The translations under genes were made by a program, and so were the position numbers. 64,000 nucleotides of DNA, from assembly GCA_001643675.2 (NCBI GenBank), contig LSRY02000049.1, forward strand, positions 1-64,000, given 5' to 3'. Within the stretch, counting starts at the first letter, position 1, and every line of letters starts with the position of its first letter. Below, in pieces: positions 1 to 13,100 of this stretch. This stretch comes from Monocercomonoides exilis PA203 (taxonomy: Eukaryota > Protista > Preaxostyla). The notes under the pieces are model-generated. The model was not told the DNA's origin. It saw only the letters and a list, made by a program, of their open reading frames with translations, and did not search any database.

Positions 1-1116
1 GGCAGAAGAGCAGCGCCCACTTACGAGTATTATGTGGGCGTGCTGGAAGCTTTTTGCAGGAAGTGGAGAAGCAGGGCAGCGGAAGAGAAGCTGAAGCTGG
101 CGCCAGAGGAGTTTGTGGAGGCGGTGGGAGAGGCAGCAGGGGAAACACGAAAGACAGGAAAGTGCTGGGGCTGTACTGCAAAGTGCTGCGGCATGTGCTG
201 TACGGGAATGCGGGGCTGAGGCAGCGAGTGTTTTCGCGAAGGCTGGCGAAGACGCTTGTTTGGCTGATTGCGCCTCCAGATGCATCGGCCTCAGTGGAAG
301 AGGCAGAGGCGGCTGCAGAGGCAGAGGAAGACGTGGTGGCAGCGCTGTGCCGCCTGACGTGGCAGATGAGGGGCAGAGCAGTGCGAAGTCTGGTGGAGCT
401 GGGGTGTGTGGCGGGGCTGGTGCAGGTGCTGGAGCGAGAGCCGGGGAATGGCAAGTGCAGGCGGATGGCAGCAGCGCTGGGGAATGTGCTGTGTGTGGGT
501 GCGTGTGCAGTGGCCGAGGAGTGTCCGCACCCGTATGGAGCAGCAGCAGAAGAGTGCCGAGCAGCAGAGGTGCTGCAGAAGTGCTTTGAATATGAGGAAG
601 ACAACCAGGTGAAGAGAGACGCTGCGCGGTGTCTGCTGCTGCTGAGCCGCGGGCGTGCGCTGACGAAGATGCCTGACAATATGGTGGAGTTCTGCTGGGG
701 TGTTGCAACCAACACCAAAAGAGAAGAGGCTGAGCGGGCGAACATGCTGTCTGCGCTGTGCCTGTTGTCGCTCTGCCCAGGTTCTGCTTTGTCCTTCACT
801 TGTATTTTTGATTCTGTTCTCCTTTTTCTTTTCTTTTTCTTTTTGTGTTCTGGGTTGGGGGTGTGGCAGACAACCACGGGCGCTGCTGGAAGGGCTGAAC
901 AAGGAGAAATGCAGCCAGCTGCTGAGGGACAGAAGCCGGTGGGTGCGCGTGAACATGGTGGGGCTGGTGCTGCGGATAATGCAGCGCGGCGGGATTGTGA
1001 CAGGCAGCTTGGTGAGCAACGTGGTCGATGCAAAAGTGGAGGCGCTGGCGCAGTCAGACGATAATCTGGTTGCACCAAGGGCCAAAGACATCGCCAACTG
1101 TCTCAAGAATAGTTGA
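1..1116 (+). CDS. Partial (5'-truncated) ARM/HEAT-like alpha-helical repeat protein; apparent frameshift near 139-142 and probable intron ~782-868
   Basis: Amphipathic helical segments (LVELGCVAGLVQVL, MAAALGNVL, VKRDAARCLLLLSRG, VEALAQSDDNLVAPRAKDIANCL) are spread over three frames. A T-rich GT..AG stretch lies at 782-868. Phases do not join cleanly, so there is an indel error or decay. Confidence 0.5.
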
Positions 1117-2574
1117 GGTGCTGCACCTGCAGGTTCCGTCCAGAAGCACCACAGAATGGGCTTTCCTTTTGCTTTATTCCTGCCCATGTTAAGCGAGTGG
1201 TGCTTTCTTTCCACTCAAAATTCTTTAAAAACAATTTTTTCCTCGATATTTCTCTTCCCTTCGTTTTGAGCGGAAGAAACCAAAGTGTTTCATATTTTGT
1301 TTATTTTTTATTTTTTAAATTTATGTTTTGTTATTTTTGTGCTTTTTTCTGCTTTTGGCAGAAACAGAAATGAAAAATGAAAAACAAAAAACAGAAAACG
1401 AATCATTAAAAACAGCTTTTATTTTCAACATGCACTTTCTGCTAAGACGCACAAAACCATAGGCACAGCCTCAAATGACACAAAAACACACAAACATCTG
1501 GAACAAGAGAAAGAGAAAGAAAAAGAAAAAGAAAAAATAAAAAAAAAAAATAAGAAGCAATCACAAAACACGAAAAACACCCTTCCCCCAAACACAGCAA
1601 AAAGAAATAAACAAAGCAAAACCCATGTGAGGATGACCCTGTACATCCCTGTCAGCGGGGCGCGCCCCTCCAGAAATGTAACATAAACTCCTCTTTTCCT
1701 TCTTTCTTTGCGCATCCGCTACTGCGGCTTATCACAAATTTTCGAATGCCGTTTATTACGCGCATTTCCCTTCCTCCTCCAGCCTCCTCCCTCACATACC
1801 CTTCACAGCCCTTTCCTCGCTGCTTCCTGCCCTCATTTTTGTTTCTCAGCAAATGCTCTCTCCCTCTCCGCGATCACCATTTTTGGCCATTTTACCATCT
1901 CAACCACAGCTCCCTCCTTATTTTATACACGCTGCTCCCCTCTGCTCTGCACACTCAGCAAAGCAACTTCATTTCACTGTTTGTTGCTCTCGATCATTTC
2001 CCATTCCTTCCGCCTCTCTCCCATACCCACAAGCACACCCAAACACACCCAAGCACACACCCCCAGCCCACCAAAACAATTGCACATGCAACAAAAAAGG
2101 CAGTGTTAGGCTCGGCTGGGCATGCCTGCAGCCTCATAAATACACAGAGCCTCCAAAAACAAAAATCCAAAAAATTCCAATACATACAAATGCAAAGCAG
2201 CACAACACAGCACAGAAAAAAAAATAAAAATAAAAATAAAATAAAATAAAGCAACAAAACCAAAGACAGGCTCTCCTGCAGTTGTGAACTCGCAAATCAT
2301 AAAAACATCGAGCAGCTTGCTCATAGAAAAGTTTGAACAGACAAAAATGATAAAATACACACACACACACACATAAAATTCAAAAATCAAAATATGAACA
2401 GTAACAACAATAAGAACAATGATAATAATTACGATGATGATGCATAATAACGCTGGCACAAAAGCCCATGCGCTGCAAAAGCACATCAAGCCAAGGCATC
2501 AGCCAGCCGCGGCACCTGCGAATTGCTCTCCCAAGCCCACCAGCCACCCCTTCACGCTTTCTTCGCATTCCCAG

Positions 2575-4040
2575 CTACGCCGAAGAGGCGCTGGCCACTT
2601 CCAGCGGGCACTGCGGCGCCATCTCCACCATCTTCATCCGAATCGCCTCGCTCAGCCGCACAGACTCCCCAACCAGCACCGCCTGCCATCTCTCCATGCG
2701 CTTGCGCTCCTCCTCTGCTGCCTGCGCTTTCTCTGTGCTGCTCCAGCTGCACCTTCCAGCTCTGGTGCCTTTGCCGCGCTCGCATGCACCGCCCTCAGCA
2801 CCCCCAACACCCCCAACATTCCCATCATCATCATCTGCTGCATCATCAGCTCCCTCAGTGCTCTCGACACACACAGCTGCTGCACCGCACGATGTGTCCG
2901 TGCCTGCACCCTCGGAGCAGCCATTCGCAGCTGATGCAATAGATGCCAGCGGAGCGTGCGGGACAGGCACGATGTGGCTGCACGGGATATCGGAGCGTTC
3001 TTCCTTGAGCTTGTGGCTGTGCTTGTGTGCGTCCTTGCGCCTGTCCCGCAGCCTGCTCAGCGCACACATGGCGCAGTGCGTGAGGAGCGAGAGCACAACA
3101 TAGATCGGATACGCATAGTTCGCGGTCACAGTGCCCAGCGCCAAGAACGGGTAGATCCACCTGTACAGCAGAATGCAGCCGCATGCGCACACACACAAAA
3201 AAAGAAACAGAAAACAGAAAAGCGACAAAGCAGAAGACTAGACATCGACAAGGAGTCAAAAGGGGGCACACGTGTAGGCTGCATACAGCCACGACATGAA
3301 GATGTAGAACAGATAGTACGCCACAGACATGTACGCGTGCGCCAGGCCAAACCGGATGCCTGTGAAGAAGTACACGTCCACCACAATCAGCACAAAGCTC
3401 AGCCCGTGCGGGTTCACCCCGAACCACAGGTCGTGCCACACGCGGAACTCCTCGTGCCCCGCGCAAGCACCAGCCAGAACGTCAGGATCGCCAGGAAGCT
3501 GCCGTTCACCCCGATCACCGCCAGCACAAACGTTGCCTTTGCCCGCCCCGACGCTGCTGTCTTCGCCGAATGCACCCTCCCTCCGCTCAGGAACCACTCT
3601 GCCTCTCCTTTGCCAAAAGACGCTGCAAACTGCACCCCGGCAGCAGCACCCCGCAAGCAGCGGAAAAAGACAACAGCAACAATCACAATAAAGTGCGCCC
3701 ATGAAAGGGATGAATGAACACACACCAGGAAATAGGCGTATGTGATTAAATACACCTGCTTCGTCAGATACTTCAGCTGCATCGCATCGCCTGCATCCCC
3801 ACAAAAAGGAGAAAGAGAGAGAGGAGAAAGAGAGGAGAAAGCAGCTCAACAGAAAAACAACACAAAGGAGGAGAAGGGCAGACAGACAATGCACGAAACA
3901 ATAAACATCGTCATGTACGCCACCACGCACAGCCGGTACACAAACACCGCTCTCCGCTTCCGCTGCCCAGCCCCGCACACCATCTTGCTGTCTGTGATGT
4001 TCTCGGCCGAAATCCCTGCTGCACTGGCAAAGTTCCCCAT
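2575..4040 (-). CDS. Multi-pass membrane protein, rolling stone / FAR-17a/AIG1-like family; two introns, one frameshift in a G-run near 3457-3460
   Basis: The spliced reading gives MGNF..VYRLCVVAY..QLKYLTKQ..NPHGLSFVLIVVDVYF..AHAYMSVAYYLFYIFMSWLY..WIYPFL. The KYLT, HG..D and WIYPFL motifs match this family. The 3' end is uncertain. Confidence 0.6.
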
Positions 4041-5458
4041 ATGTTGTTTGTGTTATGCCCTCGATCACAAACATTCGCAATCCCAACAGCTCAGCCACTC
4101 CTGCTTTTCCTGCATTTCCTGCTTTTCCTGCATCGCACAATGCATCCCCCTTGTGCATATGCTGATAAGCATTTGCGAGGCACGTGCCTTGGAAGGCTGC
4201 GTGCAAGTTGAAGTGTCCAGAAACGGAGAATAATGAATTGGAAAAAAAAAAACCAAAAAGGAAATGTTTGTGTTCTTGACGAAGTTGAACACAATGGAGG
4301 AGCGATGTGCAAAGTGGCATTGCGGAGCATTTTTTATTTGTTTCTGCGAGCAGAGCGTCTGCAGGAGAAGCCATCAAATTATTGAGCCACGACGATGCTC
4401 AATGAAGAGAGCATTGCAAAATCGATGGCTATTTTTTTCTGGGTGCACAATGAAGAGCCGTGAGGAACTCTGCTGCAGACAGACTCAGAGAATTTTCTTT
4501 TTTTAAAAAAATTCTTTTTTTTGAAAGATGCTTTTGTTCTTTGAAACAGAGGGGTTTCAGCAATGGAACATGTTTGTGCTTTGAAAAAAAAAGTGGAAAA
4601 AAAAGAGCAGAAAGCGCAGTGCAGCCTGCTGCCTTCAGCTGACAGCCTTTTTGCAGAGAGGTTTTCGTTTTCTTTGCAAAGCCTTTTTGCTCCCCCATTT
4701 CTGCAACTCCTCTTGCACGCCCAACTCTCATTTTTCCTTTGAAAAAAAATTTAAAAAATTAAAGCAAAATGAATATAAACACAAACACAAAGACAGAAAC
4801 AAAATGAAAGCAATTGCACCCGAAGCCAAGAAAAGCAAAGCAAAGCAAAAATCACAAAGAATTCTGTTTTTGCTTCAAAAGCGTGACAGCAACAACAATA
4901 TCCTTCACAAAAGAAAGCCCTGCTTCTTTTCCATCATGCAATCCCATCAATCACACCATTTCTTCGCCAGAGACTGCGGCGCCAGCTGTTTCTGATGTTT
5001 TGGTGTTTTGCAGAGGTTGCCGCCTTGTCCAGCCCGAAAACGCACATGAATCAGCGAGGCCAATCAACCCCAATGACTTTTCTGAAAACGTGAACGAGTT
5101 CCCCAGACATTGCCAATTGGTGCTTTCAATTCACAGTAATATTCAATTTAAAAATGACAATTGAAACTGTCTTTTCCATCGCGCTTGATGGAAGAAACAT
5201 GCAGGACGCACGCACACCAAACATTGTAACGAAGAAGATGCGTCTTTAAAGGAATTCCTTGACACTCGACGAAAAGTGCCCGCTCTCTTTCGTTTTTGTT
5301 CCCGTTGCCGGGCTCATCCACATGCTGTTTCGGTTATATTCGGCATCGACGCGCGCAAATGCGTGTTGCTGCGCGAGACTGCATACGGAGCGAAAGTGCA
5401 GACCGTTGAGGAGGAATGAGGCGTTTGAGCACGATCGGCACCCAAAAGCAAAGGCTTG

Positions 5459-8400
5459 ATGATATTGTTTTTGCTTGTTTTGGTGAAAGCGAGTGCGTGC
5501 GGGTACGCAGAATACGAGTGCCGGAAGGTGGAGACGGATAGCGTGATTGTGGGGGAGTTTGTGAAGCGGGCGGGGGAAGGGCCGTTCCCGCCCGACGCGG
5601 AGTCATTGCACTTTGAGGTGGTGGCGGAGACGCGGGACCGGCTGCACATCAAGATTGTGGACAACACAGAGCCGGCGTACGAGGTGGTGGATGTGGTGGA
5701 GGAGGCGGCGGCGGGGTCGGGGAGCGGGGTGGCGTTTGCCGAGTCGGGGTTCCGTGTGTCTGTGACAGAGGACTGCGGGATTGTGGTGGCGCGGCGGAGC
5801 AGCGGGGAGACGATCTTCGACACGCGGCCGGGGTCGGTGAGGCACGGGCTTGCGTACGGGAAGGGGTTTGTGCAGCTGAGCACGGCGGTCGGGGCGAAGC
5901 CGGTGATATACGGGCTGGGGCAGCGGAGGACGCGGTTTGCGCTGCCGTACCCGTTCAACTACACGCTGACGAACCAGGACCGGGGCACGCCTGGGGACGG
6001 GACGAACCACTACGGGACGCATCCGCTGCACGTGGAGCGGCGGGCCGGGGGCAGGATGCATGGGGTGCTGATGCTGACGGCGAGCCCGCTGCAGGTGGAG
6101 ATTGCGGACGGGGAGCTGACGTGGCGGATGATGGGCGGGCTGATCGACCTGTACATCTTCCTGGGCGGGGAGGAGGGGCGGATGGAGGCGGTGGTGGAGG
6201 AGTACACGGAGCTGGTGGGGAGGCCGTGCCTGATCCCGGCGTGGACGCTGGGGCTGCACCAGTGCTACTGGGGGTACGAGAACATGAGTGTGGTGGAGGG
6301 GGTGGTGGAGCGGTACCGGGAGGAGAAGATCCCGCTGGACGCGATGTGGGTGGACATCGACTACATGGACCACTACCGGCTGTTCACGACAGACCCGGTG
6401 CGGTTCCCGAAAGCAGAGTTTGGGGCGATGCTGCGGCGGATGCGGCGGAGGTACGGGGTGAGGTCGGTGGTGATTGTGGACCCGGGGGTGAAGGTGGAGG
6501 AAGGGTACGAGCCGTACAGGGAGCTGGTGGAGAGCGGGATGTACATCAAGGACAGAGAGGGGAGGCCGGCGAGAGGGGCGGTGTGGCCGGGGTCGACGAT
6601 CTTCCCGGACTTTTCTCACCCGGAGATAGGGAAGCTGTGGGGGAAGTGGGTGGGGCGGTTTGTGCGGGAGGTGGGAGTTGACGGGATCTGGAACGACATG
6701 AACGAGATCTCGAACTTCTGCGACGGGAAGTGCGGGCCGGAGCTGAGCGAGGGGTGGGAGGTGGTGCGGGACGAGAAAGGGGAGCCGGTTGTGCGGAAGG
6801 TGCTGCAGAAGAGCGAAGGGCAGAGAGAAGAGGCAGGGGGTGGAGAAGAAAAGGCGGGCGGGGAAGAAGCGTGGGAGAAGAGCAGCCTTGCAGAATACGA
6901 GTGGGTGCCGAGCGAGGATCTGCTGCACCAGTCGCTGGAGCTGGATGCGAGGACGCACTTTGGGCCGTATCTGTTTGCGAAGCAGCTGTACGGGCACCAA
7001 GAGAACCGCGTGACGGCAGAAGCGCTGCGGGAGGCGGTGGAGGTGGTGTGGGTGCAGCCGGAGATGAAGGAAGCAGCGCTGAAAGAAAAGGTGCAGGAGA
7101 AGCTGGGCGAGGCAGCAGCAGCGCAGACAAAGATGGTGGGGAAAGTGAAGGAGCTGTTCAGCCCGAAGGGGAAGGTGCCTGAGAAGGCGTCTGAGGAAGG
7201 GCAAGCAGAAGATACAGCTGCAGAGAAAGAGGAAGAGAAGGTGTCAGAGAAGGCAGCAGCAGTGCGGCCGTTTATTCTGTCGCGGGCGTCGTTTGCAGGG
7301 TCGGGGCGGACGAACACGATCTGGCTGGGAGACAACAACGCGACGTGGGAGGATCTGAAGGACTCGATCAGCGGGGTGCTGACGATGAATGTTCTGGGGA
7401 TGCCGTTCTGCGGGTGCGATGTGGGCGGGTTTTCGGGGGTGACGAGGGCAGAGCTGATGACGCGGTGGGTGCAGCTGGGGAGCTTCCTCTATCCGTTCTT
7501 CCGCTCGCACGCGGCAGTGTTCCAGGAGTCGCACGAGCTGTACAAGTTTGGGGAGCCTTGGACTTCGATCAACAGGGCGTATGTGCTGCACAGGCAGCGT
7601 CTGCAGAGCTACTGGTACACGCTGCTGGTCAACGCACATGAATACGGTGTGTTGCTCTTTTCTTTTCTTTTCTTTTCTTTTCTGTTTTGTGTTGTGAAGA
7701 GGTGGGATGGGAAGAGATGAGATGAGATGAGCCAATGGAGAAATAAAAAATAAAATAAAATAAAATAAAATAAAAAAAGCGTGAGAAATGAAGTTAAAGG
7801 GAAATGAACTGATTGTTATTGTTCATGTTTTCAATTTTTTGTTTTTTTTTCCCATTCTTTCTCATGATTCATTTCTTTCTTTTTTTTTCTGTGGGTGCTC
7901 AATTTTCTGATTGGTTGGCTCTGCTCGATGCGCTGTTTCAGGCACGCCGATGATCCGTTCGCTTGCGATGGAGTTTCCATCTGACGAGAAGAGCGTGGGT
8001 GTTGATACAGAGGCGATGCTGGGGGATGCGCTGCTTGTGATTCCTATTGTGACGCCTGCGCCTGGCGGGGCGAACAGCACCGACGTGTTTGAGCGGAGGG
8101 ATGCGTATTTCCCTCCGTCGACGCGGTGGTACGATTGGTGGGAGCAGAAGGAGGTGGGGTACAGCGGGGAGACGAGGACGCTGGAGGGGAGGCTGGAGTG
8201 GATGCCGGTGTATCTGCGGGGAGGGCGGATTGTGACGGTGCAGCAGACGGTGAAGGAGACGCTGGAGCTGATGCGAGGAGCGCCGCTGACTGTGATTGCG
8301 GGGCTTGACGAGAAAGGAGAGGCGGCGGGAGAGTTTGTGACGGACGACGGGCTGACAGAGCGGACAGAGCGGCTGAGGGCGAAGTTTTGTGTGAAGAAGG

Positions 8401-8816
8401 AAGAGGGAGAAAGGGGAGAGAGGGAAGGGTGGAGCGTGATGGAGATGGATGTTGTGGACAGGTCATTCGAGACGAAGCAGACGGTGGAGGAGGTGGTTGT
8501 GGTGGGGGTGGAGGGCGAGGTGAAGGAGGTGAAGGTGTGGGTGAAGCTGGCAGAAGGGGAAGAGCCGGGGCTGGCAGAAAGCGTGTCGGCTGCGATGAAG
8601 AGGCTGCTGAAGAAAGAGGAAAAGGCGGGTGTCAGCAGCGGGGAGAGGGAAGTGAGGAGCAGCTTTGTGTTTGAGGAGGAGAAGGGCAGGCTGAGTGTGC
8701 GGGTGAAGGAGCAGACGCCGATGAGCAAAGTGAAGGAAATGCGAGTGATGTGGAGGTGCGAGAAGCGGAAAGGCAGAGAAGAAGAGAGTGGTGAAGAAAA
8801 GCAAAAAGAGTTGTAG
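5459..8816 (+). CDS. Glycoside hydrolase family 31 alpha-glucosidase (secreted/lysosomal type), exons 5459-7646 and 7942-8816
   Basis: Signal-like N-terminus MILFLLVLVKASAC. GH31 motifs PLDAMWVDIDYMD, GIWNDMNE (nucleophile), RPFILSR, WLGDN (acid/base), CGCDVGGF and YPFFRSH. The GT-AG intron 7647-7941 joins EYG|TPMIRSLAMEFP in frame. Confidence 0.93.
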
Positions 8817-10125
8817 CATTTGAGTGAAACCTCTTTGGATTGCGACTGTGTGTCTTTTTTTCCCCCCTCCTTCACTTGTTATTTTTTTGTATTCTGATTG
8901 TTTCACAAATTTTTGATTTTGACTTTTCTTCTGATCTTTTTGGCTGTTTGACCGATCCACAGTTTCGGGTCTTGTTAGTTTGGAGCCAAAGAGAATGGTG
9001 CTCGCAGTTTGCCATTGAGACTTTTTGTTTTTGTTTTTGTTGTTGGTTTATTTTTGAATCGTCTTTGTAATTGTCATTTTTAACATTTTTATCATTAGCA
9101 TTGTTATCGATAGTTAAAAGTTTATAAATTGGAGAATCGAAACAGATTATTTTTGGACAGCTTCGGAGTGGTGTTCTATTTTGTTGAAGAAAACACGAAC
9201 AAAGATTTTGAAATGGATGCAACGTGCTTTCCTGACGGAGGCAGGAGGCTTGCAGAAAACAAGAAATCGGAGCTTCTGGGGGAGTGAAATAAAAGTGAGT
9301 GCATTGGAAGGAGAAGAAGGAAGCAAAACGTGCGGGCATCTGCACCCCCCAAAGACAAAGGCTGCTGGGAATGAGAGGAGCAGAACGACGGGGCAAGGAG
9401 CAAGCGCGTTGCAATGGCAAAAAGCGTTGTTTTCTTTTTGATCACTCTTTTGTGAATCAAAAAAAAAGTATCACATTAAATCCAATGAACGCGGAGCGGT
9501 TTCTTCCTGTTTATTCTGCTTGCTTTTTAGAGTTCCCTTCCAAAATAAAACAAAATAATTTTGCAGATTTCTTAGTATTTTCCAAAAGCAAATCAGATTT
9601 TTGATTCCTTCTCCGTTGGCTTGCCCTCACCTCAATCTCCTTCTCCATTTTCAGAGAAACACTTGACGTCAAATGCCAGTTTGCTGATTTCTTGCTGAAT
9701 CATTCAGCAGATTGGGCGAAGGCGAAAGAGTTTGAGACATCTTCGATGACTCGGAGAGGCCTCTTTTGTATTTTTCCTTGGACTGATCGAAAAGACATTT
9801 TGCTTGCTGACAAGCAAGAAACGATCCAGCAACTCAGAAGAAGCACATGGCTGGCCTGCAATTCATTGACAGCTTCCCATGAGAATTTGCATTGTAATCG
9901 GAATGGCACACATATTCAGAGGGGGAAACAGAACACGCAACTTTGTTGTTGCTATCATCAACAATGTGAATGAAACAAAAAAGAAAAAAAGAAAAATGGA
10001 GTTGTGGCTGAGCAGTGATCTGAATCTATTTGAAAGAGAAAACAATATTATGTGACATCGATCACAGAATGAGAGCTGAGAGAGAACGCAGACAGGAAGG
10101 GGCGAACAAATGCAGATTGGAACTG

Positions 10126-13100
10126 ATGGGGCTGACAATAAAAATGTTTGCCTTGTCTGTGTTTTGTGCTGCTTGTGTTGCTTATGAGGCAGAAAGGTCC
10201 GAGATCGAAGCAACAGCTCTTGCAATGGCAAGCGCTTCTTGCAACATAAGTGCTCTTCGGCAAAGTCCGAAATGGTAAAGCAAAGTTGAGAGAGGGGATA
10301 ATACTTGCTGCATTTGCACTGATGACATTTTGAGGAGCAGCCGTTTGGATGGGGGCTCGACTGTGGAAGGGACTGTGCTTGCTGTCAATTCGTCTGTTGC
10401 TCTTGTGGATGCTGAGTTGAGGCAGCTCCTCCGCTTTCCTGCTGTTGCTGTTGATAGGCAGAGTGCAGCACGTGTGGTGTGCTGCAGAATAGTCACAGAG
10501 GAGAAGCAGGGCAGCCCGATTTCGATGTGTGGCGGCTGTGTGTTTCTGCGGAATGTGTCTCTTAGGATGTGTAGCGCAGCCCAGACAGTGCCTTCCCTTG
10601 TATCTGTTGCAGCAGGTGTGCATGGTGTCCCATTTTTTTCAGAGCAGCTGAGCGTGCTGTCGTGTGTGTTTGCCTCGTTTGCGGTGGCTGTGCCTCCGCT
10701 GCTTCCGTGTGCATCGCAGCACATCTCGTCAACCATGTTTGCGAACATCACGCATGCGGATGGGCAGTTGTCACAGCTGCAGAGGAGCACGCGAAAGAGG
10801 GCATGGGAAGCAGAGATAGTGTCGTCAGAGATGAGGAATTGCACGAACCCATACTCGGGAGTGGTTGTTGTGCCGCCTGACGTCTGGTCGATGCATGCGA
10901 ACTCGACTTTTGCAGACTGCCGCGCAACAACTGGGCGGCAAGAGTTTGTGGATGGAACACACGAAGCGTCGGATTGTGTTTTCAGTGTGGTGACAAATGA
11001 GAGCGGGGGTGCATTTTGCTTCAAGGAAAAAGCATCGCTGAGTGTTGTTCGATGCTCGTTCGTGAATTGCTCCGCAAACCAGGGAGGAGCCATTTATTTT
11101 GAATATTCGTCTGGGTTTTTCCGATGTGAAAGATGTGTGGTTGATGGATGCAATGCAAAAGGTGAAACAGGGGGGATCAATCTGAGGGGATGCTCATCAT
11201 CGGTTGAAAAGGAACTGTGATTGGAAACTCTGTTGCCTCAGGAAAAGCGCTGTTTATGTATGCTAATCTCGCATCAGGAGTTCATGTTATGGATTCGAAT
11301 ATTCTGGAAAACGGAAAAACTGTTGATCATTACACAGGTGCTCTTCATTTGTATTATGTGTTTGATGAATTGACAATCAGCAACACTCTGTTTCATTCAA
11401 ACCATGCAAAGACATTTGCAGGATGCATCTTGTTTGGAGATAGTTCAGGACCAAAGTCAGCAAAATATCAGTTGAGCTTTTGTTTTTTTCGGAACAACAC
11501 AGCAACGCAATTGGGAGGGAACGATATTCATATTTCAAACAACAATTGTAATGAAAATCTTACAGATCGCAATTTGACAGGCTGCTATTCGCTGACAGAA
11601 GGCGTGAGGGTTTCAAAATGCACGAGCGGTGGCTATGATTGTTCGGAAAATCAGACATACACGAATTGGCTGCCTGACATTCCGAGTGCATACGAGACAA
11701 GTGTCGACAGCAGGTCGGGGATGGACAGAAGCGACTGTGGATATGCGCCGCTGTGCCAAACGATCCACTTTGCCTTTGGAAGGATTGAAGCAAGGTCGAG
11801 CAACAAGATTGGTGTGAAGGCAGGGAAGTGTGTGGAGGAGGAAACGGAGGTGTCGAGCAGAAGCGTGGTTGTTGAAGGGGAACAGCGCGAAGGGTGCCGG
11901 ATCGAGTCAGACGGGAGCGGGGGATGTGTGTTTGGGATCACCACTGGGCACTTTGTGGGGAGGAGTGTGACGCTTGTGCACAAGAACAGCGAGAGTGGAG
12001 GGGTGGGGTGTTTCTGGCGATGACTGACAACGGGATTGTGGATCTGGTGGGGTGCAACGTGGAGAGTGCGGCAGGTGAAGAGGCACTGCAGGCACCGTTC
12101 ATGACGATGAGCAGGGGAGTGGCAACGCTGGAAGATGTGAAGATGGAAGGGATGAGGTTTGGAGGGAGGGGGGCGATCCAAGGATCAGCGCCGGGATCAG
12201 GGTGTGGGATTGTGGTGAAGGAGTCGAACATGAGCGGGATGGAGGTGTCGGAGGGAAATGGGAGTGTGGTTTGCTTTGCGCTGGGAGGCGGAGGGGAGGT
12301 GGTTGTGAGCAGCTGCAAGGTGAGTGGGTGTGGGTGCGAAAGCGGGTGTGGAGGGAGTGTGTGCGTGAAGATGGAGGGTGGGGGCAGGGTTGTGGTGAAC
12401 GGGACAGAGCGAACACAGTTTGAGTTGTGCAGGGCAGGCGCAGGGAGGGACGGGGCAGGAGGGCTGGGCGGGGCTGTGTTTGTGGAGACGAACAGGGGAG
12501 GCGGGGAGGTGTGGATGGGGAACACGACGTTTGAGAGGTGCACAGCAAAGAAAGGGGCGAAAGTGTTTGTGAGCATCAGCGACCTGTCGAGTGTGATTGT
12601 GCGGGAGCGGTTTTTGGTGGAGCACACAGCAGAGGATGCAGAGGCGTTGAGCGGGTTTGACCGAGATCGGAGCGGGGAGACAGGATATGTGCCGCTGATT
12701 GTGTTCGTGGAGCAGTGGGGCGGGAGGGCGTTTGTTGCCGGGGAGGAAGGGGCAGAGCACTATCGGTGTGGGTTCAGCTTCTATGCATGCAGCACGATTG
12801 AGAAGGCAGTGGAGCATCGGTTTGCGAGCGGGAAAAGAAGGATGGTTTTGGAGGCACCGTTTGTGTTTGACCACGAGATGGTGTTTTCAGGGGAAGAATA
12901 TGAGATGGAAGGGAGGCAAGCACAGAATGAAATCCGGATTGATGGAGCGAGTGGAGCGGGGCAGAGCGGGCTTTTGTGTGTGCAGACGGGGGTGGCAGTC
13001 TCGGATGTGGTGTTTGTTCTTCCGATGTCGATTGGAGGCAGGAATGTGTTTGTGAGGTGTGAGTCCCACGAGCTGAGGTTGGTTCGATGCACCCTAAGGC

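Noticed and set aside
139-3460. Frameshifts in the ARM-like and membrane-protein genes as programmed frameshifting
   Set aside because: Both fall in 4-G homopolymers, the typical long-read consensus error; no slippery heptamer or stimulatory structure was seen.
8820-10100. Short ORFs in the duplicated intergenic region (also 4300-5450 and 22330-23200)
   Set aside because: No recognisable motifs; their conservation between arms simply reflects the recent duplication.
10276-10278. In-frame TAA as evidence of a reassigned genetic code
   Set aside because: The mirrored copy has AAA, long ORFs elsewhere contain no in-frame TAA/TAG, and predicted genes end in TAA, TAG and TGA.
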